DNA of 64,000 bases from Candidatus Methylomirabilota bacterium (GTDB lineage Bacteria > Methylomirabilota > Methylomirabilia > Rokubacteriales > DASRDR01): assembly GCA_036005065.1 (NCBI GenBank), contig DASYQW010000033.1:21989-85988 (forward strand), written 5' to 3'. Each line of letters opens with the position of its first letter. The first letter of the stretch is position 1. Positions 7,872 to 16,832 of the stretch are shown piece by piece. The position numbers and the translations under genes are program-made. The notes beneath the pieces are model-generated. The model was given only the letters and a program-made list of their open reading frames with translations, was not told where the DNA came from and made no database searches.

Positions 7872-10052
7872 TCACTGCGTGGGCGCGAAGCCCGGGCGGT
7901 CCGGCAGGCCGGCCGCGGGGATCTCGAAGACCGGTTCGCGCGCCGGCGGGGACGCGCCGGTGTCGGGGTTCCAGACTTCCACCCCCTCGGACAGGAAGAA
8001 GCGGGCCACCTGCTCCTGGGCCGCCCGGGCCAGCGTCCCGGCTGCCCCGGGGGCCCCGATCCGGAGGAGGAACCCGTGCGGCTCGGCGAGCTCCTTGGGC
8101 ACGCTCCCCGCCACGCGATCGTAGCGCAGCAGCGCGGTGGCGTCCGAGAGCTGGCCGGCGCGGACGAGCGCGCTCGTCGTCGGGTTCGGGACGACGGCGT
8201 CCCCCCAGGCGAACTGGATCAGGACCCGCTTGGGCTCCTGGCCGAGCAGCGGGCTCGCCCGCAGGTACCGCGCGTAGGCGACGGGATCGCCGCGCCGGGC
8301 CAGCCACTCGGCGCGCGCGAGGTACTCCTGGACGGCCAGCGCGCCCGGCGCGGGTGAGACGACCGGCGGGTCGCCCCGGAGCGGCAAGTCCTCCCGGAAG
8401 CCGTCCTCGGCGTTGAGGAGCGAGGGCGTGCGACCCTCGAGGACCCGGCGCAGCGCCGGCCGGAAGACCGGCGAGAGGCGGGCGACCTCGGCGATCGGCC
8501 CGCCCGGCACGTTGAGGACGCCGACGCGGAGGCGCGGATCGACGGCAAGGAAGAGCGTCCCGTAGATCCCGCCGAGGGACTGTCCCACGTACGAGATCGC
8601 GTCGCCGCGCGTATCGGGCATGCCGTCGCCGTCCACGTCGAGCCCGGCTTTGAGCGCGCGCGCGAACGCCATCAGGTCGACCACCTGCTGGCGCAGCCCG
8701 TCGCGCAGCCCGACCAGGGCGAGCGGCCCGGGCGTCGGGGGGCTCAGCCCCTCGGTCGCGTCGATCTTGCCGTCCCCGTTCAGATCGATCCCGCGGCCCG
8801 GGACCCGCACCTCGAGCGGTGCCCCATCCGTCCGCTCCACGATCAGGCGACCTTCGGGCCCCCCGCCGTGCCCCACCACCGTCACCGCGGCCGTCGCGAT
8901 CCCGTGGCGCGCGAGCACGCCGGCGATCCGGAGCGCGCTCGAGAACATCTCCCCGCCGTAGCCGTGTCCCATGATCGCGACCGGCCAGCCTTCGGGCGGC
9001 CGGCTTCCCGCCGGCAGCACGATCACGAACGGGAGCGGCACGTCCCCCGGCGCCGCCGGCTGGGGCCGCGCGGTCGCGGCCTCGACGATGCGTCGATCGC
9101 GGGTCAGGTACGCGGGCGACCAGTACCATCCGACCCCGACCCCGGCGACCGCATCCGGGGGCAGCGCGGCCAGTGAAAGGGGTCCGTCCTGGAAGGCATC
9201 CGGCGCCTCGAGCGCCACCCGCACCTGCCGGCGCAGGACGAGGCCTTTCAGCGTCGCCCGGGGGAAGTAGGCGCGTCCCCCACCCTCGGGAGCGGTCATG
9301 ACGGCCGGGGGCGGCGGACGCCGCTCGAGGGCGTCGCGGGCGTGCTCGAGGAAGGTCGTCACGCTCGCGGTGGTGAAGACCGCCGCCACCGTCACCGTCT
9401 CCTCGCGCACGCCCCGGCGGTCCAGCGCGGCCATGAGCGCATTGAGCCGCCGGCGGTAGTCCTGCACGGCCGGCGGCCCAGCGCGCCGACGCAGGAAGCC
9501 GCGGAATGCCGCCGAGGGGCGGAGCGGCCGCCCCTGGACATCGCGGAGCTCCCGCGTGACGACCAGTCCGTAGCGCGTCTCCGGCTCCAGCAGCGTCTCC
9601 GGCCGGGCGTAGAGTGTCTGGGACCCGGGATCGTAGACCAGGCGGTCGACCGCCATCGCCTCCGGCGGCCCCGGCGCGAGACGCACGAGGAAGAGGCTCC
9701 GCACGGTCACGCTCGCCGGGTCGATGGGCCCCGAGAAGGCCACGGCCAGGCGCGGGCTCAAGTCGAACCCGTCCAGCTCGTTGAGCAGGTGGACGTCGTC
9801 GCAGGTCGAGGGCTGGAGAGCGCAGTCGGGCAAGGGCAGCGCCACCCGGAGGCCCGTCCGCTGAGCGGCGTCGGCGAGGGTCAGGCGATCGGAGGGAAGA
9901 GGGCCGCGCTCCGGCCGCGCGGGATCGAAGCGGGGCTCGACGGCTGCCGCGGCGCGCCCGACCAAGGCCAGCGGATGGGCGCCGGCACTCCCCGCGGTCG
10001 CGAGCAGGACGATCGCCAGGAGGACGCCGGTCCGCCGCCCGCGCGCGCGCAC
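7872..10052 (-). CDS. Secreted alpha/beta-hydrolase fold protein (GxSxG nucleophile elbow GQSLGG) with a large N-terminal domain and DxDxDG Ca-binding-like loops
   Basis: The signal peptide RARGRRTGVLLAIVLLATAGSAGA is followed by GHGYGGEMF, YVGQSLGGIYG, DLNGDGKID and DVDGDGMPD. The GTG start was chosen where it overlaps the upstream Gfo stop, so the exact start is uncertain. Confidence 0.6.
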   Translation of the reverse strand: MRARGRRTGVLLAIVLLATAGSAGAHPLALVGRAAAAVEPRFDPARPERGPLPSDRLTLADAAQRTGLRVALPLPDCALQPSTCDDVHLLNELDGFDLSPRLAVAFSGPIDPASVTVRSLFLVRLAPGPPEAMAVDRLVYDPGSQTLYARPETLLEPETRYGLVVTRELRDVQGRPLRPSAAFRGFLRRRAGPPAVQDYRRRLNALMAALDRRGVREETVTVAAVFTTASVTTFLEHARDALERRPPPPAVMTAPEGGGRAYFPRATLKGLVLRRQVRVALEAPDAFQDGPLSLAALPPDAVAGVGVGWYWSPAYLTRDRRIVEAATARPQPAAPGDVPLPFVIVLPAGSRPPEGWPVAIMGHGYGGEMFSSALRIAGVLARHGIATAAVTVVGHGGGPEGRLIVERTDGAPLEVRVPGRGIDLNGDGKIDATEGLSPPTPGPLALVGLRDGLRQQVVDLMAFARALKAGLDVDGDGMPDTRGDAISYVGQSLGGIYGTLFLAVDPRLRVGVLNVPGGPIAEVARLSPVFRPALRRVLEGRTPSLLNAEDGFREDLPLRGDPPVVSPAPGALAVQEYLARAEWLARRGDPVAYARYLRASPLLGQEPKRVLIQFAWGDAVVPNPTTSALVRAGQLSDATALLRYDRVAGSVPKELAEPHGFLLRIGAPGAAGTLARAAQEQVARFFLSEGVEVWNPDTGASPPAREPVFEIPAAGLPDRPGFAPTQ

Positions 10053-10056
10053 GCGG

Positions 10057-11235
10057 TCACCCACGGCGGTCTCGAGCGAGGTCGACCCGCCGGCCCTCCT
10101 GGGCGGACACGTAGGCGGCATAGATGACCTCCACGGTCTCCCGTGCCAGGAGCGCGCCCGAGAGCGGCTCCCGGCCCTCACGGAGGGCGTCGACGAAGTC
10201 CGCCATCTCCTGCGGGTAGCCGCGTGTCCAGTCCTCGTCGGGGCTCGGAAACTGCCAGCCGGCTTTGGTCTCCACCTTCTCGGTGAGGTACTCGTCCCCC
10301 CAGACCGCGCCCTCGGGCGCGTAGATCTGGAGCGTCGTGTTCGGATTGATGTTCACCTGGACGACCCCGTTGGTGAAGTAGGCGGTGACCAGGTTCTTCA
10401 CGCCGCCGAGGCTCACGTCGGTCGCCATGACCGTCGCCTTGGTCCCGTCCTCGAACGTGAGGATGGCCGCCGACCAGTCCTCGACGTCCTCCCAGCTCGT
10501 CACCAGCCACTGCGGGGACGTCGCCCGGACGGCCGGGACCTCCGTGAGCCGGCCGACCTCCCCGATGACCGACGCCACCCGGATCGGCGCTCCACGCCTC
10601 TGCCGCCCCTCGTAGTGCTTCAAGTGGATCACCGCCCCGATCGGGTGGGAGCCCATCCGGAGGAGCGAGCCGCCCCCGGCCGTCGCCCAGCGGCGGGAGT
10701 AGTCGGCGTGGGAACCGGAGTGGCTCTCCTCGGCGCGCAGATCGAGCAGCGTCCCGCCGGCCCGGTCCATGAGACGCCGGAGCTTGGCCATGGCCGGCGC
10801 GTAGACGAAGTTCTCCGCGTAGCAGAGGGTGACGCCGTTCTCCCGGCAGGCGTCGAGGATGGCGTCGGCGTTCTGCCGGGCCGCGTCGAGCATGGCCTGC
10901 CGGGACAGGGCCTCGGCCTCCACGAAGCAGCCGGTCAGCGGCTTCTCGACGATGACGTGCTTGCCGGCCCGGGCGGCGTCGATGGCGAAGAGGTGGTGGT
11001 GACTGGTGACCACCGGCAAGGTGACGACGTCGATGTCCGGCCGGTCGAGGAGGGCGCGATGATCCGTGTACGCGTGCGGGATGCCGAACTTCCGGGCGAA
11101 CGCCTCCGCGCGCTCCCGCGACCGCGAGTAGACGGCCCGGAGCTCGCACTTGACCCCGCGCGATGCGCCGAGCGCGTGGGCGTGGAGGTCGGCCGCGAAC
11201 CCGGCTCCGATGAAACCGATGCCGAGCGTCTCCAC
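10057..11235 (-). CDS. Gfo/Idh/MocA family NAD(P)-dependent oxidoreductase (paralog A)
   Basis: Rossmann GIGFIGAGF, HVIVEKPLTG, C-terminal GGVKNLVTAY ... NPNTTLQIYAP. The GTG start follows a GGAG RBS. Only the C-terminal ~392 codons of the 10057..12063 ORF are used. Confidence 0.75.
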   Translation of the reverse strand: METLGIGFIGAGFAADLHAHALGASRGVKCELRAVYSRSRERAEAFARKFGIPHAYTDHRALLDRPDIDVVTLPVVTSHHHLFAIDAARAGKHVIVEKPLTGCFVEAEALSRQAMLDAARQNADAILDACRENGVTLCYAENFVYAPAMAKLRRLMDRAGGTLLDLRAEESHSGSHADYSRRWATAGGGSLLRMGSHPIGAVIHLKHYEGRQRRGAPIRVASVIGEVGRLTEVPAVRATSPQWLVTSWEDVEDWSAAILTFEDGTKATVMATDVSLGGVKNLVTAYFTNGVVQVNINPNTTLQIYAPEGAVWGDEYLTEKVETKAGWQFPSPDEDWTRGYPQEMADFVDALREGREPLSGALLARETVEVIYAAYVSAQEGRRVDLARDRRG

Positions 11236-11282
11236 CTGCACTCCGCCGGTCGCTGTCAGCGGGCCCAGCGGACCGCGCGCGG

Positions 11283-13520
11283 TTACCGTTCGAGAGACCG
11301 ACCGGTCGGGAGGCGGGCCAGCACCCCGGTCAGCTCGCCGTAGTCCACCGGTTTGACGAGGAAGGCGTCGAAGCCGGCCGCGACCGCCCGCTCCCGATCC
11401 TCCGGCCGCCCGTATCCGGTCAGCGCGATCAGGCAGAAGCGCTCCCCGCCCGGCGTGGCCCGGATGCGCGCGGCCAGAGTCAGGCCGTCGAGCCTGGGCA
11501 ATCCGAAGTCGATCAGGGCGACGTCGGGCCGTAGTGCCTGCAGACGCTCGAGACCGGCCGATCCATCGGGGGCCACCGCGACCTCGTGCCCATCCAGCTC
11601 GAGGAGAATCCGGAGGCTCTCCCGCACGTCCTCGCTGTCCTCGACGATGAGCACGCGCCGTGGGATCACGCCGGCGCGCTCCGACGCGCCCCGGCCGGGC
11701 ACGGCCGCCGGGGACAGGAGAGGCAGGCGCACGACGAACTCGCTGCCCCGCCCCGAGCCGGCGCTGCGCGCCTCCACCGCCCCGCCGTGCAGCTCCGCCA
11801 GCCGGCGAACGATGGTCAGGCCGATCCCGAGCCCGTCTCGAGGGCGCTGGAGCGGGCGGTCTTCCTGGGCGAACAGATCGAACACCCGGGGGAGCATGTC
11901 GGGGGCGATCCCGAAGCCCGTGTCGGCCACTCGCACCATCGCCAGATCCTCCACGCACTCCACCGCGACGGTGATCGTGCCGCCAGCCGGCGTGTACTTC
12001 ACCGCGTTGTCGACCAGGTTCGTCACGATCTGCTCCAGCCGGCTCGGATCCCCGTCGACCCACGCCGGCTTCGCCGACAGCAGGATCCGGCGGTCGGATG
12101 CGCGCCCGCCCTCGAGGAAGGGCGTGAGGGCGCGCTCCACGACGTGATGCAGATCGACCGGCTGCCGCTGAAGGACGAGTTTCCCGGCGGTGACCCGCCC
12201 GATGTCGAGCAGGTCGTCGAGGAGGCGGCCGAGGTGGGCGGCCTGGCGGGCGATGATCTCATGCAGCCGGACCGCGAGGTCGTCTCCCTGCCCCGTCCGT
12301 TCGAGGCTCGTGACCGCGTTCGTGATCGCGCCAAGCGGATTGCGCAGCTCGTGGCTCAGCATGGCGAGGAACTCATCGCGGGCGCGATTCCCTCCCTCGG
12401 CTTCCGCTCGCGCCGCGCGCTCCCGGGCGAGCAAGTCCGCGCGCTCCTGCTCGGCCCGCTGACGCGCGGTGACGTCCCGGAAGACCAGCACGACGCCCAG
12501 CACGATCCCCCCCGCATCGCGGATCGGCGCGCCGCTGTCGTCGATCGGGATCTCCGTCCCGTCCTTCGCGAGCAGAACGGTACGGTTGGCGAGATCCACC
12601 ACGCGCCCCTCGCGCAGCACTCGGGCGACCGGGCTTTCCACGACGGCCCGGGTACGCGCGTTGACGATCCGGAAAACCTCCTCGTACGGGCGACCGCGGG
12701 CCTCCGCGAGCGACCAGCCGGTCAGGGTCTCCGCGACCGGGTTCATGAGCGTCACCAGGCCGCTCGGATCGGTCGCGATCACGGCGTCCCCGATGCTCGC
12801 CAGCGTGACTCGAAGCCGCGCCTCCGACCGGGCCGTCGCCGCGGCCAGGGCATCCGCGCTGGCGCGGGCCGCCCGCGCCTGCTCGCGTTCGGCCACCGCC
12901 CGGCTCAGGGACAGCATGGCGACTGCGACGAGCCCGAGCGCGACCGTGAGGCCGACGATGTCGGTGTAGGTGGCGCGGCGAGCCTTCACGGCCTCGACGC
13001 GGGCTTCTTCCCGGTACAGGCGGGCCTCTTCGGCCCGCATCGCCCCGACGACGCTCCGGATCTCGTCCATGACGCGCTTGCCTTCTCCGCTGCGCACCAT
13101 GGGGGCGGCGCCCTCGAAGCCGCCGCGCCGGCGGGCCTCGACGCTGGCGTTCACCTCTTCGAGCTTCTGCCGGACCAGCCCTTCGAGCCGCTCGAGGAGC
13201 TCTTGATGTCGGATGTTGTCGGCGGTGAGTCGACGCAGCTGCCCGAGCCGATCCGGCAGCGCGCCGCGGGCCAGCTCGTACGGCTCGAGGTACTGCGGAT
13301 CGCCGGTGATGACGAACCCCCGCTGGCCGGTCTCGGCGTCCTTGACGAGGGACAGGACGATCTCGGTCGTCTCCCGCACGATCAGGCTGTGGCTCACGCG
13401 CTCGGTGGCCTCGCGGAGGTCGACCATCTGGCGATACGACAGCCACCCGAGCAGGGTGAGCACGGCCGCGGCGAGCGCGAATCCGCCGACGGCCAGTCGC
13501 GACGCGGTCAAGATGCGCAT
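11283..13520 (-). CDS. Hybrid sensor histidine kinase: CHASE3 - TM - PAS - HisKA - HATPase_c - receiver
   Basis: N-terminal CHASE3-like region (YRQMVDLREATERVSHS...GDPQYLEPYE), H-box AMLSHELRNPL, ATPase G-boxes and a C-terminal REC domain (VLIVEDSEDVRESL...LIALTGYG). Confidence 0.85.
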   Translation of the reverse strand: MRILTASRLAVGGFALAAAVLTLLGWLSYRQMVDLREATERVSHSLIVRETTEIVLSLVKDAETGQRGFVITGDPQYLEPYELARGALPDRLGQLRRLTADNIRHQELLERLEGLVRQKLEEVNASVEARRRGGFEGAAPMVRSGEGKRVMDEIRSVVGAMRAEEARLYREEARVEAVKARRATYTDIVGLTVALGLVAVAMLSLSRAVAEREQARAARASADALAAATARSEARLRVTLASIGDAVIATDPSGLVTLMNPVAETLTGWSLAEARGRPYEEVFRIVNARTRAVVESPVARVLREGRVVDLANRTVLLAKDGTEIPIDDSGAPIRDAGGIVLGVVLVFRDVTARQRAEQERADLLARERAARAEAEGGNRARDEFLAMLSHELRNPLGAITNAVTSLERTGQGDDLAVRLHEIIARQAAHLGRLLDDLLDIGRVTAGKLVLQRQPVDLHHVVERALTPFLEGGRASDRRILLSAKPAWVDGDPSRLEQIVTNLVDNAVKYTPAGGTITVAVECVEDLAMVRVADTGFGIAPDMLPRVFDLFAQEDRPLQRPRDGLGIGLTIVRRLAELHGGAVEARSAGSGRGSEFVVRLPLLSPAAVPGRGASERAGVIPRRVLIVEDSEDVRESLRILLELDGHEVAVAPDGSAGLERLQALRPDVALIDFGLPRLDGLTLAARIRATPGGERFCLIALTGYGRPEDRERAVAAGFDAFLVKPVDYGELTGVLARLPTGRSLER

Positions 13521-13627
13521 GTCAGAGGACGTCGAGGCCCAGAGCGACGGTCACAGCGACAGCATAGCTCGGGCTCGGAGCACTGGAAAGGTCGATTTCC
13601 AGGCGAGGAGCGCGGACGTGAGCCGTC

Positions 13628-14512
13628 CTAGGGCAGTGCCTCTTCGACCAGCGACTCCCGGACGTGGACCAGGGGATTCTGGATCAGGTCGATCACCACG
13701 GGGGTGGGGGGCGGACTCCCGCGACGGACGAGCACCTCCACCACAGGACGCAGCGGGAAGTCCCGGTTACGCGCGACGACGCGTCCGATGTCCCCGGTGG
13801 TCAGGCGCACGAGGCCGCCGACGGGGAACATCGAGATCCCCCGGACGAGGGCCTTCAGGATCCGGTCCGGGTAGCGCGAGCGCTCCCGCTGGAGGATGCC
13901 CTTGAGCGCCTCGGCGGGCGCCTGGCGCTCGCCCGGAGCGCCGTTGACGCGCTCCTCGTAGCTCTCGGCCAGCCGGATGACGTCCGCGTACTCGCCCTCG
14001 CGCCGGTACCGCTCGACGACGGCCGGCCCGGCGATGTCGTCCGGCGCGCGGACGACCCCGATGTTCCAGAGCAGGGCGGCCAGGCCGAGCTCCCGAAGCT
14101 GGGCACGGCCGTACCCGAGCTCCTCGCCCATCTTCGCCGCCAGGATGCAGAGGTTCACCGCCGTGCGGGCCGGCGTGGAGGGGCGGCCTCTGGAGCGAAA
14201 GAGCAGTTCCACCGGCGCGTCGTCGGTCGCGAGAGCCTGGAGGAGCAGGTCCACCGTGCCCTCCGCCTCGGCCATGGAGATGGGCGCCCCGGCCCGAACC
14301 GCCTGGTGAATGTCGCCGACGCGGCCCACGGCGTCGTGATACATGACGTCCGCCCTGCCGGCCTCCCACGCCCGAGCGGGACCCGCGGATTCGCTCCGAA
14401 GCAGCCTGACCGGGCGGCGCGGAGCCGCGGGCGCCGCCTCCGGGGCCAGGGGTCCCCGCGAGGGGGGCGGGACCGGGAGCGCCGAGCTCCTGACGAGGTG
14501 GCTGAATCTCAC
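13628..14512 (-). CDS. Degenerate HD-GYP-like domain protein (paralog 1; catalytic His/Asp and GYP residues replaced)
   Basis: The C-terminal YPVGS-type region (ISMFPVGGLVRLTTGDIGRVVARN) and LGLAALLWNIGVV correspond to HD-GYP, but the HD dyad is absent. The start was set at the GTG (VRFSHLVRS) by alignment to paralog 2; the track ORF begins at a TTG at 14566. Confidence 0.55.
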   Translation of the reverse strand: MRFSHLVRSSALPVPPPSRGPLAPEAAPAAPRRPVRLLRSESAGPARAWEAGRADVMYHDAVGRVGDIHQAVRAGAPISMAEAEGTVDLLLQALATDDAPVELLFRSRGRPSTPARTAVNLCILAAKMGEELGYGRAQLRELGLAALLWNIGVVRAPDDIAGPAVVERYRREGEYADVIRLAESYEERVNGAPGERQAPAEALKGILQRERSRYPDRILKALVRGISMFPVGGLVRLTTGDIGRVVARNRDFPLRPVVEVLVRRGSPPPTPVVIDLIQNPLVHVRESLVEEALP

Positions 14513-14633
14513 GCGATCGCTATCCCTTCCGGGTCTCGGGGCGAGGCGCCGTCGTTGGGATAGCAATGGTCATACCGGAAGCGGGGAGGAAGGAATTCCG
14601 CCAAAACGGCGGGTCATCTGTAAGGGGTCGTCT

Positions 14634-16832
14634 CTAGGGGGCGAACGAGCCGAGGACAGCCTGTCCAATCTCGGACGTCGAGGCACCCATGATCTGAGGT
14701 GAGGCGGCGAGGCTGCGCGGACCGCGGACCTCGAAGCCCACCGCGTCGACGAGGCGCGCGGCCGCGTCGACGAGCGAGAGGGTGTGCCGGCCGGGAGTGG
14801 GCTCCCAGGCGACGGGGCCGGCGGCCGGCCCCATGTCGCGGGTGTCGAGGACCCACCGAAGCGGCACAGCGCGCGCCTGGGCCTCGAAGACCATGCGTTG
14901 CCGCGCCGGTGGGATGTCCGGGTCGAGCGCCACGATGGTCCCGCTGACGGGGGCGAGGATCCGTGGCTGGCCGCCGGTGAGCGCCGGCGCCCCGGCCGGC
15001 TCCGTTCCGGCGAGGAACCACTCGTCCCGACGCCGCACGATCCCGGAGGGCGGGCGGGGCGGTCGGCTCGGCGTGGCCTCGTGGAGCCAGGTCATGACGT
15101 CGCGCCAGACGGGCGCGGCTCCGGTCACGCCGCTCACGTCTCGCATCGGCGCGCCGGACGCATTCCCGACCCAGACCCCGACCGTGTAGCGCTCCGAGTA
15201 CCCGACGCACCAGTTGTCGCGCATCTCCTTGCTGGTGCCGGTCTTGACGGCGGTCCAGAAGCGGGTGGCGAGCGGGTTCTCGAGCCCGAAGGTCGCGACC
15301 CGGCTCTCGCGCTGGGCGAGGATGTCCGATACCAGGAAGGCCACCGCCTCGGAGTACACGCGGCTCGCGGGATGGGTCACGTCAGCGTCCCTCATGGCCA
15401 GGGAGCCCGGGAGGCCGCCGTTGGCGAGGGTGCGGTAGGCGTTCACGAGCTCCCACAGGCTCACGTCCGCGGACCCGAGCGCCAGCGCCGGGCCGTAATA
15501 GTCACCCGCTTCGGTGAGCCCGGCGAACCCGAGGCGTCGGAGCTGGTGGACGAAGACGTCGGCCCCCACCAGGCCGAGCGTCCGCACCGCGGGCACGTTG
15601 AGCGACGACGCGAGCGCGGCGCGGGCGGTGACGAGACCCCGGAACTGCTCGTCGTAGTTGCGCGGGCGGTAGAGACCGCCCGTGACCGGCACCTCGAGGG
15701 GCGTGTCCTCCAGGAGCGACGCCGGCGTCAGGAGCCCGGCGTCGAGCGCCTGGGCATAGAGGAACGGCTTGAGGGCGGAGCCGGCCTGCCGGCGCGCGCG
15801 GATGCCGTCCACATGGCGGGCGCTCGACAGATCCCCGCTGCTCCCCACGTAGGCCACGACCGCGCCGGTCGCGTTCTCGACCACCAGGACCGCCCCGTCC
15901 TGGACGTTCTGGCCCCGGACCCCGAGGAGGTGGCGGCGGAGGGTGTCGATGGCCACGCGCTGAACCCGCGCATCCAGGGTGGAGCGGACCGGCGCGACGG
16001 GAGCGGGCGGCCCGGGACGGCGGAGGAGTCGGGCCGCCGCATGCGGGGCGAGGGCCACGCGCGGGCCCGTCCCGCGGGGTGCCGCCAGGGCCCGGGTGAC
16101 CGCGGCGCGGATGGCATCAGGCGTGGCGGCGCTTCCCTGGACCTCGCGCAGCGCCCACGCCCGCCGGGCCACGGCGTCGGGCTCGGCGTTCGGGGCGCGC
16201 AGGAGGACCGCCAGGACGGCCGCCTCGGCCTCGGTGAGGCCGTGGGGCGCCTTGCCGAAAAGGACGGACGCCGCGGCCGCCACGCCCTGGAGCTCGCCGC
16301 GAAAAGTCACCAGGTTGGCGTAGGCCTCGAGGATCTCGGCCTTCGACCAGCGCGCCTCGAGGGCCCGGGCGACCCGGACCTGGCGCCACTTCTGGGCGAG
16401 CGTGCGCGGGCCGTCGCGGCGCCGAAGATCGCGGTCGAGCGCGGCGGCCAGCTGCATCGAGATCGTGCTGCCTCCGCGGCGCGGGCCGCCTCGGAGCCTC
16501 CCGGCGGCCGCCGCCAGGAGCGCCCGGCCATCGACCCCCCGGTGGCGGTAGAAGCGGCGGTCCTCGGACGCGACGACGGCGGCCGGCAGGGCCGGCGAGA
16601 TGGCCGCGAGCGGCGTCCACTGGAGCCGCCGGCGCGTCGAGTCGAGTCGCAGCTCGTGCAGGAGCTCACCGTGACGATCGAGCAGGGCGAGGTCCGAGGG
16701 ACGATAGGCCGCGCGGACGGCCGCGAAGGCCGGGATCCCGGGGGCCGGCCCGCCGAAGAGTCCCCAGCCGGCGGCGGCGATGGCGGCGCCGATCCCGGCG
16801 CCGCCGAGGAGGAGCACGGTGGGGCGTGTCAC
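14634..16832 (-). CDS. pbpC: Penicillin-binding protein 1C (PbpC): glycosyltransferase + transpeptidase + PbpC C-terminal domain
   Basis: GT51 motifs (EDRRFYRHRGVD, GGSTISMQLA), transpeptidase SALKPF, SLN and KTGTS. The GTG start overlaps the A2M TGA (GTGA). This is the canonical partner of bacterial alpha-2-macroglobulin. Confidence 0.85.
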   Translation of the reverse strand: MTRPTVLLLGGAGIGAAIAAAGWGLFGGPAPGIPAFAAVRAAYRPSDLALLDRHGELLHELRLDSTRRRLQWTPLAAISPALPAAVVASEDRRFYRHRGVDGRALLAAAAGRLRGGPRRGGSTISMQLAAALDRDLRRRDGPRTLAQKWRQVRVARALEARWSKAEILEAYANLVTFRGELQGVAAAASVLFGKAPHGLTEAEAAVLAVLLRAPNAEPDAVARRAWALREVQGSAATPDAIRAAVTRALAAPRGTGPRVALAPHAAARLLRRPGPPAPVAPVRSTLDARVQRVAIDTLRRHLLGVRGQNVQDGAVLVVENATGAVVAYVGSSGDLSSARHVDGIRARRQAGSALKPFLYAQALDAGLLTPASLLEDTPLEVPVTGGLYRPRNYDEQFRGLVTARAALASSLNVPAVRTLGLVGADVFVHQLRRLGFAGLTEAGDYYGPALALGSADVSLWELVNAYRTLANGGLPGSLAMRDADVTHPASRVYSEAVAFLVSDILAQRESRVATFGLENPLATRFWTAVKTGTSKEMRDNWCVGYSERYTVGVWVGNASGAPMRDVSGVTGAAPVWRDVMTWLHEATPSRPPRPPSGIVRRRDEWFLAGTEPAGAPALTGGQPRILAPVSGTIVALDPDIPPARQRMVFEAQARAVPLRWVLDTRDMGPAAGPVAWEPTPGRHTLSLVDAAARLVDAVGFEVRGPRSLAASPQIMGASTSEIGQAVLGSFAP

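Noticed and set aside
7822-9129. 435-aa minus ORF and multiple + ORFs (7595..8416, 7713..8357) over the hydrolase gene
   Set aside because: They are alternative frames of the alpha/beta-hydrolase CDS. They have no domain signal and are Arg/Gly/Pro-rich.
10178-13446. Minus-strand ORFs 10178..11149 and 12373..13446 and + ORFs 11353..13631 over the Gfo and histidine-kinase genes
   Set aside because: They are shadow or alternate-frame ORFs. The in-frame kinase and oxidoreductase motifs are unambiguous.
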